59,751 nt of DNA from a virus (lineage: Duplodnaviria; Caudoviricetes), in IMG/VR virus record IMGVR_UViG_3300044608_001438, positions 1-59,751 of that record. One strand, given 5' to 3'. Below, in pieces: positions 17,144 through 25,549 of the stretch; within the stretch, counting starts at the first letter, position 1, and each line of letters starts with the position of its first letter. The notes beneath the pieces were generated by a model. That model did no database searches, was not told the origin of the DNA, and was given only the letters and a program-made list of their open reading frames with translations. Made by a program: the position numbers and the translations under genes.

Positions 17144-17417
17144 GGAATCTCCTCTCCAACATCTTGACCTTCTCATCGGGGCAGAGCACAGTCTCCGCCC
17201 TCACCAATTGCACATCCTCAATCGCCGACAGCCGGAACCCTCGCGGCTCCGCAGCGCCCAGACACAACGCCAGTACGCGCGGACCTTCAAACCGAATGGG
17301 ACTAACAACCCGCTCCGTCACGCGGCCCGACCCATCGCGATAAACGATCCGGCACACCCAGTCGTCCGGAGTATTCATCGCCGATCGCAGCCGAAGCGTA
17401 AAGAACGGATTGCCCAT
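17124..17417 (-). CDS. Stand-alone WYL-domain protein
   Basis: IVYRDGSGRVTERVVSPIRF...LALCLG..EPRGFRLSAI. Confidence 0.85.
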   Translation of the reverse strand: MGNPFFTLRLRSAMNTPDDWVCRIVYRDGSGRVTERVVSPIRFEGPRVLALCLGAAEPRGFRLSAIEDVQLVRAETVLCPDEKVKMLERRFHAPLGF

Positions 17418-17421
17418 CGAA

Positions 17422-17871
17422 TCACACTCCTGATGGCGCGTTCTCCGCACCTTCCCAAATCACTGGAGGATCTACCGTGTTCTGCACGTTTCGCGCGAAT
17501 AGCTCCGCGATCCGTTGCTCGTGCTTCGCGACCTCTGCTTCGACGTTCTGGAATCGTTCCGTCGCTGCGATCGCGTTCTCCTTGACCAGCTTGGCCAAGT
17601 CGATCACCTGATTGTATAGCCGCTCCATCTGATCGGCTAGTGCCTCCGGTGTAATTAGCACCGGCTGTTCCTTCGCCCATCCTGGAAAGTCTAACCTCCA
17701 GTAGTCGATCGATGAAGGACTGACCGCAAAACCAAGCGCCTCAGTCGCTGCCTTCGCTCCGGCAGTCGGACCGGAATAGACTCCGACGTTCTCCGCCATC
17801 CAAGTCCGAACCCGCAACGCATCGCGATGCCCCAAGAACCGAGTCTTCTTCTGCCCGTCCATTATCTTCAC
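17422..17871 (-). CDS. Hypothetical protein (possible HTH plus coiled coil)
   Basis: ORF track; AGGAGG RBS. Confidence 0.65.
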   Translation of the reverse strand: MKIMDGQKKTRFLGHRDALRVRTWMAENVGVYSGPTAGAKAATEALGFAVSPSSIDYWRLDFPGWAKEQPVLITPEALADQMERLYNQVIDLAKLVKENAIAATERFQNVEAEVAKHEQRIAELFARNVQNTVDPPVIWEGAENAPSGV

Positions 17872-17896
17872 CTCCTAAGAAATAAACCAACACCCG

Positions 17897-17916
17897 AAGG
17901 TCACGCGCGTGACCTT
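17897..17916. repeat. 20-bp palindrome site (perfect)
   Basis: AAGGTCACGCGCGTGACCTT. Confidence 0.95.
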
Positions 17917-18029
17917 CAATCATCCAGCCGGTCGACCGCGCGGCCGCACTCGGCAATCACCTGACACCACACCGACACACTGACCGCAATAGAAATCACC
18001 GCGAACCCAAAGGCTACGTAGGCCATGAC

Positions 18030-18998
18030 TCACTCCACGAACTGAAAGGTCGATTGCTGATCTTCCTTCGCTGTAACATCCAGCGTCGCAAGATTCTTTA
18101 CCGCCTGCCGGAAGTAGCTCGGCTTGAGCTCAATACCAACGCCGCGACGACCCAGCCGGACAGCCCCGAAGACTTCTGAACCTACGCCCATGAAGGGAGT
18201 CAGCACAACCTCGCCCGGATTGGACCACATCGCAACGGCCCGTTCGATTACATCGAGTTGCAGGGGGTGGACGTGCTTTTCGTCTTCCAATTCGCGGGAC
18301 TCTTCGATGTTCAAGACTCGATCGATCCGAATGTCCATCCACACCGACGACGCGTAATTCCTCCATATCCATTGGCTGAAAGAGTTCTTCTTCTGATCCC
18401 CAACCATCCCGCGAAGATGTAATAGCTCCGCTGGCGGCTGCTGCTCTCCTGCATACTCGAGCATTCCGTTTTCGTGCTCCACCGGAACCGAGTTCTCTCC
18501 CTTGCGACGGAACATCAATAGGTAATCAGCGTTCGCAATGGAACATCGAGTCGAATCTTCGCAGAACGTCTTGTGGTGAAGGCTCTTCATCATGGTCCGA
18601 TTGCGGACCATCAAAGGTTCCTTCCAAATGACTCGACGCCCGCCGTACTCGAATCCCCGCTTGAGATGGTGCCGGATGATCTCGCCGGGAAGATCATACA
18701 TCGCGTCGCATCCCTGGTTACTCAATGGAATGTCCATGCAATGCACCGCGCTAATTCTTCCAGGCTTGGTCAGCCGTGCGATCTCATCGATGCAGAATCC
18801 GTAATGGTCGAAGAACTCATCTTTGTCGATTGCGTTGCTCATGTCGCGTTCGTCGCTGCTGTACGTGTAGAGACCAGCGAACGGAGGAGAGTAAACCGTC
18901 AGGTCGATGCACTCATCGGGCATCGTCCGCATTACCTCTACGCAATCGCCGTTGTACACCGCGAATCGATCGTTAGTTACTTGGTCGCTTGTAGCCAT
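18030..18998 (-). CDS. DNA N4-cytosine/N6-adenine methyltransferase (beta class)
   Basis: YSPPF, KHVHPLQ, VLTPFMGVGS, GIELK. Confidence 0.92.
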   Translation of the reverse strand: MATSDQVTNDRFAVYNGDCVEVMRTMPDECIDLTVYSPPFAGLYTYSSDERDMSNAIDKDEFFDHYGFCIDEIARLTKPGRISAVHCMDIPLSNQGCDAMYDLPGEIIRHHLKRGFEYGGRRVIWKEPLMVRNRTMMKSLHHKTFCEDSTRCSIANADYLLMFRRKGENSVPVEHENGMLEYAGEQQPPAELLHLRGMVGDQKKNSFSQWIWRNYASSVWMDIRIDRVLNIEESRELEDEKHVHPLQLDVIERAVAMWSNPGEVVLTPFMGVGSEVFGAVRLGRRGVGIELKPSYFRQAVKNLATLDVTAKEDQQSTFQFVE

Positions 18999-20422
18999 GC
19001 TGGCACCTCAACTTTCTTGGTGTAGATATTGGAACGTTCAACCCTTTCAGCCCTATTCATTTCGCGGACCAGAACATCGAACATCGTTCGCGCTTGGTCG
19101 GCTTTTCTTCGCATGTTTGCAAGCACTCTTTCCTCGCCCTCGGTCGCGACCACATCAAGCGTCACCGGGCGAGTTTGCCCAAAGCGATAGCATCGCCTTA
19201 CGCTCTGGTAGTACTGCTCGTAGGAGTGGCTTGCGAACGTCACAACGTGGTTGCAGTGCTGCCAGTTCAGGCCCCATGCCCCGATCTTCGGCTTGATAAT
19301 GAGAACCCGCAACTCACCAGACTGGAAAGCTTCATAGATTTCTACCTTCTCATCGTCCGGGGTGCGTCCCGCGACCTGTCGAGCGCCAGGAATCATCTCC
19401 TCCAATCGGTCGGCCTCTTCGTTCATCTGGCACCAGACTACCGCTGGCCTGTCATGCTTCACCAGATCGGCAACGAATCCGCATCGCTGATCCATCGTCC
19501 TTTTCCGCTCTGCTCGCTCCGCACCTAGTCCATGAGCAGGGATATTGAAAAGGAAACCTGGGGGCGGGGCATCTGGCTTGATTACGTGATCCCGTTCGAT
19601 CAGCTCAGGAAGAACAAATCCTCCATCCTCGAAGCCAAGATCCGATGGCATCCGGCATGCCCTTGCCCAGCTTGCAACCCATCGCCAAAAGTGATCTACC
19701 GCATGATGCTTTAACCGCCACTGGCCTATCGTCTGAGCAACCCGAAAAGCCAGCTTCCCGTAATAGTTGGAATCCTGAGCAATCAGCCGTTCGGCTTCCT
19801 CTTGCTGCCTCGTCTCCTTCTTCTGGCCCTTGTCGTCGAGTTGCCGAAAGAATCTCCGCAGCATGTCACTATGCGACAGCTCACCAAGAGCTTCGGAAGA
19901 TGTCCCGAGTTCCACGTAGTCATTGGGCGCCGCCGTCGCAGTGCAAAGCAGGCGGAACGCCAGCTTGTTGGTGAATCGCGTTATCTGCTTGCGAGTCTCT
20001 CCATCGACACTTTTCAGAATCGAAGACTCGTCGCAGACAAACCCGGCGAAGTCGCTTGGATCGAACAGATGAAGCCGATCGTAGTTCGTCACAACAATTT
20101 TCGATTGCAACTCCCCCGCCTTTGACCTGTGCGCCTCGATCCCAAACTTCTCCGCCTCCCTGACCGTTTGATTGGCAACGGCCAAAGGGGTCAAGATCAG
20201 AACGCGGCCGTTCGTCTTCTCCGCCACCTTCTGCGCCCACACCAACTGCATCAGCGTCTTTCCTAGCCCGCAATCCGCAAAGATCGCTGAGCGCCCGCGA
20301 CGCAATGACCACCGCACCAAATGCCGCTGGAAGTCGAACATCTGATCCGGTAGCTCGCCAACCTCGAAGCCGCAATCACTCGTGAATTGCGACTTTCGAT
20401 CCAAGAACGATTCGTAGTCCAT
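18977..20422 (-). CDS. SNF2-like helicase
   Basis: ADCGLGKT, VCDESS, TATAAPN, WGLNWQ, QSVRRCYRFGQ. Confidence 0.92.
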   Translation of the reverse strand: MDYESFLDRKSQFTSDCGFEVGELPDQMFDFQRHLVRWSLRRGRSAIFADCGLGKTLMQLVWAQKVAEKTNGRVLILTPLAVANQTVREAEKFGIEAHRSKAGELQSKIVVTNYDRLHLFDPSDFAGFVCDESSILKSVDGETRKQITRFTNKLAFRLLCTATAAPNDYVELGTSSEALGELSHSDMLRRFFRQLDDKGQKKETRQQEEAERLIAQDSNYYGKLAFRVAQTIGQWRLKHHAVDHFWRWVASWARACRMPSDLGFEDGGFVLPELIERDHVIKPDAPPPGFLFNIPAHGLGAERAERKRTMDQRCGFVADLVKHDRPAVVWCQMNEEADRLEEMIPGARQVAGRTPDDEKVEIYEAFQSGELRVLIIKPKIGAWGLNWQHCNHVVTFASHSYEQYYQSVRRCYRFGQTRPVTLDVVATEGEERVLANMRRKADQARTMFDVLVREMNRAERVERSNIYTKKVEVPAWLQATK

Positions 20423-20464
20423 CGGTCGTCGTCCCTCCGACGTTAGAGAAAAAACCTCACAACC

Positions 20465-20959
20465 TTAAACCAATTCAAGAGCGGACCGGAGCGTGTCCAG
20501 CGTGTCACGGCCTGCCACGATATTCACGTCGCACTCGTCATGAGGCAAGCCGGTCTCGCGGTTGAATCCGGCTCCGTTCTTGGCCACGTGATCGCTGACC
20601 CGCAGATCGAGCGACTGACCGTTTTTGTCGAGCACATAGTACCGGCTCGCGGAGTGTGAGCAACTTCGAATCGTCACTTCCCAGCCCAGCGACTCGGCCA
20701 TCGGAACCACGCCACGAACCAGAGCTTCGAAGGCGTCGCGGATCGCGTCATACTTCGCATCGGCTTCGGCCTGATCTTCGCGCTCCAGCTCTTCTTTGTG
20801 GTCTTCTTCGTCAATCTCCTGTTGGATGCACTCGGCCAGGAACCGAAGCTCGTCGTAGGTCGGCTCGCGGTCGTGCCGTTCGGTGAGGATCTCGCGGGCT
20901 TGGACAATCACTTCGTCCGTCGCGTCGATCGTTTGTGGCTTGTTCTTGTTCTTGCTCAT
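20465..20959 (-). CDS. Hypothetical protein
   Basis: ATG 20959 follows a leader motif; SRYY...LRVSDH. Confidence 0.75.
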   Translation of the reverse strand: MSKNKNKPQTIDATDEVIVQAREILTERHDREPTYDELRFLAECIQQEIDEEDHKEELEREDQAEADAKYDAIRDAFEALVRGVVPMAESLGWEVTIRSCSHSASRYYVLDKNGQSLDLRVSDHVAKNGAGFNRETGLPHDECDVNIVAGRDTLDTLRSALELV

Positions 20960-20995
20960 AATCCTCTCCTCGTGTCTTCGAGTTATCCGCCCAAG

Positions 20996-21019
20996 GCCCC
21001 GGGTCACGCGACCCGGGGC
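20996..21019. repeat. Conserved cassette hairpin copy
   Basis: GCCCCGGGTCACGCGACCCGGGGC. Confidence 0.8.
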
Positions 21020-21033
21020 AAACCAATTTCCGA

Positions 21034-21219
21034 TCAGCCCTTCAAGAACTCAAGAGACTCTCTGGCTGTCTTTCCGAGATAGACACCATCTCGCCACCAA
21101 CCGGCCAGAGTCTCACCTCGCCAATTCTCCGCCTTTTCCTTGACCGCCCCCAGCTCAAGCAGCTCTTGGCGGGCGATGTCTTCCTTGCTGGCGATCTGAT
21201 TCGATACCTTCTTGCTCAT
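21034..21219 (-). CDS. Hypothetical protein, first gene of promoter cassette 4
   Basis: ATG follows the conserved leader. Confidence 0.75.
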   Translation of the reverse strand: MSKKVSNQIASKEDIARQELLELGAVKEKAENWRGETLAGWWRDGVYLGKTARESLEFLKG

Positions 21220-21227
21220 GGTCTTGT

Positions 21228-21465
21228 CCTCGTTTCTTCGAGTTCTGTTCTGCGCGACTGACTGCCGCGTCTTCGATCATTATACACTCTATCGGCCCGA
21301 GGGCAACCCCAAGCAGGCTATTTTTCGGAAAAATTCCGAAAATTCCGGCGACGGGATTCGTCCGGATTCTTGTTTTCCCTTGTTTTTCTTGGGTTTCCGG
21401 CGTCTAGCCCCGGACGGAATCGGCTCGGATTTTCGTCCGGATCCGAAGGTCTTGCGCGAGACCTT
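21228..21465 (-). promoter_or_regulatory. Early promoter cassette copy 4
   Basis: TTGCCC-16 nt-TATAAT, GGCCGAT, A-tract block, leader, palindrome. Confidence 0.85.
21446..21465. repeat. 20-bp palindrome site
   Basis: AAGGTCTTGCGCGAGACCTT. Confidence 0.95.
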
Positions 21466-21852
21466 CGCCCAATTCCAGTCGATTTCCCCGACCTCAAGGC
21501 GCACCGCCATCCCAGGCTGAATATAGACTTTAGGGGCCTAGTATCAACCTTGCGGGGTGGTGCGTGCTGCTCGCTGATTACGCTCGGGAAGTCGCTTATG
21601 CGGGGCTCTTTGCCTCTTGCGAGGTTTCAGCGTATGGACCGGGACGCATGCGTCTTGGACGGATCAACTACCGTCGCGTTGCCCGGATAGACTCCTCGAT
21701 CGAAATCGAGGAGGAGCCCCTTTCGCGACCTCCTTTGCGACCTCTTCGGCATGAGGGGGCGAGCATCCTTTATGCTCTCCGGCCCGGTGTCGGTTGGTAA
21801 ACCGAAGGGGGGCCAGTTGAGATTCCCCGAGCGCACGCGATGGGTGCCAAAT

Positions 21853-21955
21853 AAAAAAGCCACGTGTAGACCGCTTCGACTAGGCACACACCCCCATGCC
21901 CAATCTCAGCCACGTGGCTTCAGATAAGTATAGGGGCGCGGCTATGGGCAATCAA
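21853..21955 (-). ncRNA. Promoter plus candidate ~65-nt small RNA or attenuator
   Basis: TTGATT-17 nt-TATACT, then an AAGCCACGTG...CACGTGGCTT stem ending in a U-tract. Confidence 0.5.
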
Positions 21956-22044
21956 GTCCGGTCTAGGAACCGACTGCCGGTATCTATCATAGGCAAGAGG
22001 CAAGCGCAAGAAAACCGGCAATCGGAAAATTCCCGACGGATCCA

Positions 22045-22064
22045 AAGGTCTCGCGCGTGACCTT
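22045..22064. repeat. 20-bp palindrome site
   Basis: AAGGTCTCGCGCGTGACCTT; 22041-22072 is identical to 34591-34622. Confidence 0.95.
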
Positions 22065-22069
22065 ACGAA

Positions 22070-22140
22070 ATCCGAACGATTCCGAACGGGATCCGAACGA
22101 TTCCGAACCCTCCGTAATTCCCGGATAGTTACCGAACGGG
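22070..22140. repeat. Iteron-like TCCGAAC repeats
   Basis: ATCCGAACGATTCCGAAC twice (22070-22087, 22091-22108) plus CCGAACGGG at 22132. Confidence 0.75.
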
Positions 22141-22144
22141 AACG

Positions 22145-22180
22145 AAAAAAGCCGCCCCAAGGCTTCCCCAGGAACGGCTT
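22145..22180 (-). terminator. Putative terminator ending the late operon
   Basis: AAGCCG...CGGCTT stem followed by a U-tract on the minus strand. Confidence 0.5.
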
Positions 22181-22294
22181 CCCGGCTGATCGCTCCACCG
22201 GCATTTCAGCGCCCAAACGCGCATTGGAGCCGGTGATTCGGTTAGTTCACTGCGACAGCCTCAAAATCGACGCACTTTCCCTACGTCGATTCGC

Positions 22295-22456
22295 TCATGG
22301 TCCAAAGAGCGCCCACAGGATCCCGCAGGTAGCGACAGTGACAAGAGCGAGGAACCACCATCGCGGATAGTTCTCGCGATCATTCCACCAGTAGCTCACC
22401 GCCAAACCTCCAAAATAGCCCCATAGACGAACGCAACACGATAAACGCCCAATCAC
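22295..22456 (-). CDS. Small membrane protein
   Basis: GTGA overlap; hydrophobic segments. Confidence 0.45.
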   Translation of the reverse strand: MIGRLSCCVRLWGYFGGLAVSYWWNDRENYPRWWFLALVTVATCGILWALFGP

Positions 22457-22701
22457 CCGCCACGCGCAAACATCGACGCCACGCCAGCGGCCAGCAGCAT
22501 CCCAACGAGGAATCCGGCCAGGATCCAAACCGGCTGGATCCACGCCTGCCGGCGGACCGCACACCACACAGCCCGCTGACCATCCGCAAATCCGTCGCGG
22601 TACTCTTCCGATCCCCAGCAGACGATCGACAGCCCGTTGATCGTCCAACCGCACTCGACGATCCCTGGATCGTCTTCCGCGTCATCGTCCCATCGGACCA
22701 T
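22453..22701 (-). CDS. Small membrane protein
   Basis: MVRWDDD...; C-terminal transmembrane segment. Confidence 0.55.
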   Translation of the reverse strand: MVRWDDDAEDDPGIVECGWTINGLSIVCWGSEEYRDGFADGQRAVWCAVRRQAWIQPVWILAGFLVGMLLAAGVASMFARGG

Positions 22702-22882
22702 CGATTTTTCCTTCCAACTTCTTCGCGACCTCGGAACGCCGACCGGCCAGCGACTCACGGTATCGAGCGTAGCAGATCGCCGCCTTCTGGTCATCCGGCT
22801 TGTCTTCGCCAGCCATCGCCGCGATGCATCGGGAAACGTACTCACCCTCGTCTTCATTGGGTGTCGGTGTTGGGATCGGCAC
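22682..22882 (-). CDS. Conserved small phage protein
   Basis: MPIPTP..E.E.EYVSRC...Q.AAICY motif. Confidence 0.7.
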   Translation of the reverse strand: MPIPTPTPNEDEGEYVSRCIAAMAGEDKPDDQKAAICYARYRESLAGRRSEVAKKLEGKIDGPMGR

Positions 22883-23372
22883 TGGTGGCTCCTTTGTGTA
22901 GTCCTTCGCGATCGAAACTTGCGACGCCTATCGGGGCGCATTCAATCAAGTCGGAACCAACGTACGGCATCCCGTTTGTATGCGGGGAGTATTCGCCGAA
23001 TCGAAAGTGAGTGACTGCGGTCAAAAACGGGTCAGTGACCAAAGGTGTCATATCCGGATGGACGTAGCGAGCCCCTTGCAATCCATTCTCTACGGCCAAT
23101 TCCAGCGCGAACATCACCCGCACCGCAGCATTGACTAGATGCGGCTCGGATCGATCGCCCAAGCGAAACTCGTTGAGATGGTTCATCGCATGGGCAATCT
23201 GCGATTCGATCGGAATCTTCTTCCAGTTTCCCGGCCCGTACTTGCGGGATCCAAACCCGCAGCACTGAGCGAGGAGTCGCAAGGCAAACGGCGGAACCTG
23301 TGAAAAGTCCGCCTCCGTGAATGACTGCCGCCCGCCCTGCTCGTTCTCTACTGTTTCACCCTCAGGCGCCAC
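22854..23372 (-). CDS. dATP/dGTP diphosphohydrolase-like protein (DUF5664-like)
   Basis: FGSRKYGPGNWKK...HAMNHL...EPHLVNAA. Confidence 0.8.
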   Translation of the reverse strand: MAPEGETVENEQGGRQSFTEADFSQVPPFALRLLAQCCGFGSRKYGPGNWKKIPIESQIAHAMNHLNEFRLGDRSEPHLVNAAVRVMFALELAVENGLQGARYVHPDMTPLVTDPFLTAVTHFRFGEYSPHTNGMPYVGSDLIECAPIGVASFDREGLHKGATSADPNTDTQ

Positions 23373-23742
23373 AGGCCACCTCCGGAAAATCAACCTGAGT
23401 AAACACCCTGAGCCCGAGCCATTCCGCCACGGCCCGTTCAGCTCTTGCCACCTTCGATCGTTCCCATCCAGGTAGCAACAGGATCGCCGTCGCCGATTCG
23501 ACGATCGCTACCAGATCCCGCTTCGCAGCATCGCGCAGACTGAACCCGATCGCATCGAGGTTCTGCCAGTCGTAATCCTCAGGAAGCGTCGAAGGATCGA
23601 AGCCAGCCTGCTGATCCAGTTCGGCAGGATTGATCGGCTTGTGCCCGAGCATCTGCAAGAGCGCCGCCGCACGATAGAACGCCGGGAAGTTAAACTGCGG
23701 GATCCCCCGCATCGGTCCGGCTATGTACACAACTTCCGCCAC
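23362..23742 (-). CDS. DUF4406 / nucleoside deoxyribosyltransferase-like protein
   Basis: VYIAGPMRGIPQFNFPAF...INPAE...LLPGWERSKVARAE. Confidence 0.88.
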   Translation of the reverse strand: MAEVVYIAGPMRGIPQFNFPAFYRAAALLQMLGHKPINPAELDQQAGFDPSTLPEDYDWQNLDAIGFSLRDAAKRDLVAIVESATAILLLPGWERSKVARAERAVAEWLGLRVFTQVDFPEVACGA

Positions 23743-24022
23743 TGGCCCACTCCTCGTAGATTCGATATGTCAGGCGGTACGCCGCCCAGAACGCGTCGCC
23801 GTGATGGTCGCCCTTCTCATGCCACGAAAGACAGTGAGCAACCTCATGGGCAAGCATAAACGCTTGCACGTCGTCAGGGTAGTTCGCCTGCAGATCGATT
23901 CGAAAAGATTCTCCGTCATGCCAAGTCAGCGCGAAGAAACTATCCATCCCGCGCGTACGACGGATCCGCAAGCGAAGCGCTGGGAACTCTTTCCGGTATC
24001 GCGCCGCCAGCGATCGCCACAT
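23690..24022 (-). CDS. HExxH metallopeptidase-like protein
   Basis: LAHEVAH...HGDAFW. Confidence 0.75.
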   Translation of the reverse strand: MWRSLAARYRKEFPALRLRIRRTRGMDSFFALTWHDGESFRIDLQANYPDDVQAFMLAHEVAHCLSWHEKGDHHGDAFWAAYRLTYRIYEEWASGGSCVHSRTDAGDPAV

Positions 24023-24023
24023 C

Positions 24024-25019
24024 TCAGGAGCTCCGCACGCGGTAGTCAGGAGTGATCCTTGGAATCGTTACGTCGTACTGGCCATCCCTTGCCACGTCGA
24101 TCCATGCGAAGGACCAATCCCACTTGTTGATTCTTGCATAGCGCGGATGCATCACGCAGAGACACCCTTGCGACCAAGAGAACGCTTCCTTCTTGTCCCA
24201 GGTCGGATGCGGTTGCATCGATGAGGAGTGCCCGTGAGCCGTTAGCGTCGAGGCATTGGTCCGGAGGAACGCGCCGCGTGCCTGATTGACCGGACTTGTC
24301 AAACCCTTCGGCAGTTCGTGACCGTGAAAGATCGGCAACATCCCCGCCATGATCGGTCGCTGATCCTCGACCTTCTCAATACCGAACCGCTCGAACTCGA
24401 GCAGCGACTCAATGAAGCATTGCGGGACGTCGTAGATTTCCGGCGCCCTTTGCCAGATGAACCGCTCCCATCGCTCCTCATGGTTCCCGAGCTTGTAGAT
24501 GAACCGCGCCTTCGGGAACTTCTTCCGCAACCACGCCAAAGAATCGACAACGATCTTGCGCTCCTCGTTGAGCCTCGGCGCCCGCGGCTCTTGATCCCAT
24601 CGACTAGCGCGATAGAAGTCGGCCCAATCACCATTCAGCAACAGAACATCCGGCTTGCGTTTTCTGCCCCACTCAACAGCCGCTTCGATTACCGCGCCGA
24701 CGTGGAACGGTACGTGAGCGTCAGACAGCGAAAGAACTTTCAGGCCTGCGCCCAAATCGAACGGCAGCCAATCTTCCGCGAGGCTCTTGGGGAACCCTTT
24801 CCCCAGTGTGTCCTTCGCGCGGCCGTCCGGTCGATGCTTCCGTGTTCGGTCGCCGTTGGATCCCGTATGGGTCCGGATCGCACTTCGCGCCTGCTCGATA
24901 CTCGTGAAGTCCGCCGGGTACTTCTTCGCAAGCATTCTTGCCAGAGCGATCTTGTTCATCCCAGGATTGTTTGCGATCGCTTCCAACGCGAGTTGACCAG
25001 AGCGTGTAATTGACTTCAT
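24024..25019 (-). CDS. Calcineurin-like metallophosphoesterase
   Basis: SDAHVP, NGDWAD, GNHE, HGH, HGHS. Confidence 0.9.
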   Translation of the reverse strand: MKSITRSGQLALEAIANNPGMNKIALARMLAKKYPADFTSIEQARSAIRTHTGSNGDRTRKHRPDGRAKDTLGKGFPKSLAEDWLPFDLGAGLKVLSLSDAHVPFHVGAVIEAAVEWGRKRKPDVLLLNGDWADFYRASRWDQEPRAPRLNEERKIVVDSLAWLRKKFPKARFIYKLGNHEERWERFIWQRAPEIYDVPQCFIESLLEFERFGIEKVEDQRPIMAGMLPIFHGHELPKGLTSPVNQARGAFLRTNASTLTAHGHSSSMQPHPTWDKKEAFSWSQGCLCVMHPRYARINKWDWSFAWIDVARDGQYDVTIPRITPDYRVRSS

Positions 25020-25029
25020 GCTACCTCCA

Positions 25030-25049
25030 GAGGTCACGCGCGCGACCTT
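25030..25049. repeat. 20-bp palindrome site (abuts stop at 25050)
   Basis: GAGGTCACGCGCGCGACCTT. Confidence 0.88.
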
Positions 25050-25265
25050 TCAATCGTCGCTGCGAAAAATCAAACCGGCGATGAATAAACACCCGCCGAC
25101 CGCCATCAGAAACCACGCGAGCGGATTCGACAAGAGACCGACTGCCAGAGCGACCACCGGCCCGACAACCGGGAACAGAGCGAACAGAACAGGGAATAAA
25201 AAAAGCCCCGCGCCGCACATCAGCAGCACGAGGCCACACCCACTGAGACAGCCACCGCCGCTCAT
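25050..25265 (-). CDS. Multi-TM small membrane protein (holin candidate)
   Basis: Almost entirely hydrophobic 71 aa; ATGA overlap. Confidence 0.6.
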   Translation of the reverse strand: MSGGGCLSGCGLVLLMCGAGLFLFPVLFALFPVVGPVVALAVGLLSNPLAWFLMAVGGCLFIAGLIFRSDD

Positions 25266-25549
25266 TTCTTCGGCTCGACAATGACGGCCGACAGCTTCTC
25301 TTTCAGCGCGGCTTCCTTCTCGGCTTGGTCCGCCTCCAGGACGATCCGCTTGAGGATCGCTAGTTCTTCGGCGCTGATGCCATCGGTCAGGTCGACGCCC
25401 TTCTTCTTGCTCCAACGGACAGCGACTACAAGAGTCACCACCGCGAGAACAAATAGAAGCCCGAGCACGAACAACAGGCCAACCGCCCAAAAGATCCCCG
25501 ACGCAATACCGCCCAGACTCTCGATCGATTCCACTTTCAAATCCTCCAC
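25262..25549 (-). CDS. Membrane protein
   Basis: Long hydrophobic segment followed by a charged tail. Confidence 0.65.
   Translation of the reverse strand: MEDLKVESIESLGGIASGIFWAVGLLFVLGLLFVLAVVTLVVAVRWSKKKGVDLTDGISAEELAILKRIVLEADQAEKEAALKEKLSAVIVEPKK

Noticed and set aside
21564-22216. ORFs 21564-21800, 21627-21887 and 21920-22216
   Set aside because: They have no motifs and overlap repeats, a promoter and hairpins, so the region is treated as non-coding.
22854-23372. Z-genome (2-aminoadenine) pathway
   Set aside because: No PurZ, DatZ or phage DNA polymerase is recognisable.
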